DNA from: Mobula hypostoma
Lineage: Eukaryota
Reading direction: 5' to 3'
DNA length: 64,000 bases
Assembly (NCBI RefSeq): GCF_963921235.1
Contig: NC_086097.1
Coordinates: forward strand, 128,900,001-128,964,000
Of the stretch, positions 62,072-64,000 are shown piece after piece; within the stretch, counting starts at the first letter, position 1; every line of letters begins with the position of its first letter. The translations under genes and the position numbers were made by a program. The notes beneath the pieces were generated by a model. It searched no databases. It was not told the origin of the DNA and was given only the letters and a program-made list of their open reading frames with translations.

Positions 62072-62876
62072 CTAATTATTCCTAATCTCTTTTGCCTGCA
62101 AATGGTCCGTGGTCCATGGTCCGTTCTCTACACATTCATGTGCCTACCTAAACAACTCTATCATTTCTTCCTTCACCGCCACCACTGGCAGGGCATTACA
62201 GGCACCCACCACTGTCTGTGCAAAACAAATCTTCTTTAATCTCTCCCTCTCCGACCTTAAATGCATGCCTTTTGGTTTTAGACATTTTGAAGCTGTCAAC
62301 TCTGTCTGTGCTTCTCATAATGTTATAAACCTCTATCAGTTGTCCCCTCATCCATTAGCACTCCAGATAAAACAACCATAGTTTGTCCAGCCTCTCCACA
62401 TAACAAATGCTTTCTGATTCAAGCAGCATCCAGGTGAACCTCTTCTGGACCCTCTCCAAAGTCTCAACATCCTTCCTATAATGGGGCGACCGGAATTGAA
62501 TGCAATACTCTAGATCCTGCTTAAAGAAAGTTTTATCAAGCTGCAAGATAACTTCCTAACTCTTGAACTCAATGTCTTAATTAATAAAGGAAAGCACGCC
62601 ATATGCCTTTACCACCCTACTGACTTGTGTGAACACCTTTCGGGACCATGCACTTGGACCAGATCCCTCTGTACATCAATGTTGTTCAAGAGTCCTGCCA
62701 TTACTTTCCCTTGATATTTAATCTCCCGAAGTGCAGCACAACACATTTGGCCAGATTAAACTCCATCTGCCTATAACTGCAACTGACCTATATCCCGCTG
62801 TATCCTATGACAGTCTTCCACGTTATCTACTACACCACCAATTTTCATATCATCTGCAAACCTACCAACCCATCCA

Positions 62877-63001
62877 AACAAGAGAAAATCTGTAGATGCT
62901 GGAAATCCAAGCAACACAGAAAAATTGCTGGAGGAACTCAGCAGGCCAGGCAGCATCTATGGGGAAGAGTACAGTTGACATTTTGGGCCAAGACCCTTCA
63001 G
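62877..63001 (-). mobile_element. Short Penelope-derived insert truncated within the hammerhead
   Basis: aaacaagagaaaatctgtagatgctgg...cagttgacattttgggccaagacccttca; CR1 resumes on both sides. Confidence 0.85.
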
Positions 63002-63573
63002 CACCTATGTTTTTGTCCAGGTCATTTACTTATACTTCAAACAGCAGAGGTCCTTGTATGGATTCCTGCAGAACACTACGGTCACAGATCTCCAGCCAGA
63101 AAGCCATCGATCACTGCCCCCTATCTTCTACGGACAAGCCAATTCTGAATCTAATGTCACATTGGATCTCGTGAATCTTAATCTCCAGGAGAAGCCTACC
63201 ATGAGGAACTTCATCAAATGTCTTAGTAATATCCATGTAGATAACACCCACTATTCTATCTTCATCAATCACTTTAGTCACTTCCTTGAAAAACTCAGTC
63301 AAGCTAGTAACACTTGATCTGCCCTGCATAATATAAAGGAAAGAAAATAACTTACAATTTTTAACTGTGATTGCTCTAATTTGTTTCAATTTTTAAAATC
63401 ATTTGCCTTCTTTTAGTAATTTAAATGGTTCTAATTGTATTTTTTTTATTTTAATAGATGTTTCAAAATGTTAGGGAAATGAGGAGCATTGAACAAACTT
63501 GGCAGCTTCAGAGGTAGGTACGTGGGGTGTGGCTTAGCCAACTGTTAGAGCATTCCTGAGTAGTTTAAAGGGT

Positions 63574-64000
63574 AACACACACAAAATCCTGGAGGAACTC
63601 AGCAGATCAGGCAGCATCTGTGGAAATCAATAAATAAATGACATTTCAAACCGAGACCCTTCATCAGGACTGAGGAGAAAGGGAGAAGACACCAGAAAAA
63701 AAAAGGTAGGGGAATGGGAAGGATGCTGGCTGGGAGGTGATAGGTGATGCAATTGGGTGGGAAAGTTACAAGGGCTGGAGAAGAAGGAATCTGACAGGAG
63801 AGGAGAGTGGACCATAGGAGAAAGGGAAGGAGGAGAGGATCCAGGGGGAAGTGATATGCAGGTGAGAAGAGGTAAAAGGCCAGAGTGAGGAACAGAGGAA
63901 GAGGATAGGGGGAGAGAAATTGATATTCATGCCATCAGGTTGGAGGCTAACCAGACGGAATATAAGGTGTTGCTCCTCCACCCTGAGGGTAGCCTCATCT
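63574..64000 (-). mobile_element. Penelope-like element 3' end (GIY-YIG C-terminus, tail, hammerhead 63636-63671); runs off the window
   Basis: EEQHLIFRLVSLQPDGMNINFS; reverse strand AGUC-CUGAUGA-A-GGGUCUCGGUUU-GAAA-UGUC. Confidence 0.9.

Larger units (their letters stand above)
61585..63330 (-). mobile_element. CR1 (RT region to 3' tail) with two Penelope-derived inserts
   Basis: GRSSVTSLTEFFKEVT..VIYMDITKTFDEVPHGRLL, RFADDMKIGG, LEYCIQFRSPHYRKDV. Confidence 0.9.

Overview
Eukaryotic, repeat-dense genomic DNA with no prokaryotic genes. The repeat families (CR1, Rex1/Babar, V-SINE, DeuSINE, Penelope) suggest a cartilaginous fish, probably a ray; this is an inference. The window appears to be the 3' part of one large minus-strand gene. 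Three exons with canonical splice sites and compatible phases (47235-47072, 32242-32083, 8032-7826) join into one open peptide with a transmembrane helix. From memory it resembles OFCC1/ojoplano; no search was run. The introns are filled with decayed LINEs (CR1, Rex1/Babar, RTE, L2), SINEs, Tc1, Tigger and hAT DNA transposons, and a Gypsy internal region with a solo LTR. They also hold more than 10 Penelope-derived segments carrying a minimal type I hammerhead-ribozyme motif (consensus AGUC-CUGAYGA-A-GGGU-CUCG-GCCC-GAAA-CGUC^GACU). Several of these are short inserts, two of them with clear target-site duplications. Other highlights are a ~7 kb transposon-free intronic block (candidate enhancer cluster), a ~250 bp near-perfect palindrome inside a Tigger derivative, and a non-autonomous retroposon with a YY1-like head. 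Nearly all ORFs in the supplied track are transposon fragments or chance frames. Boundaries of old repeats are approximate.
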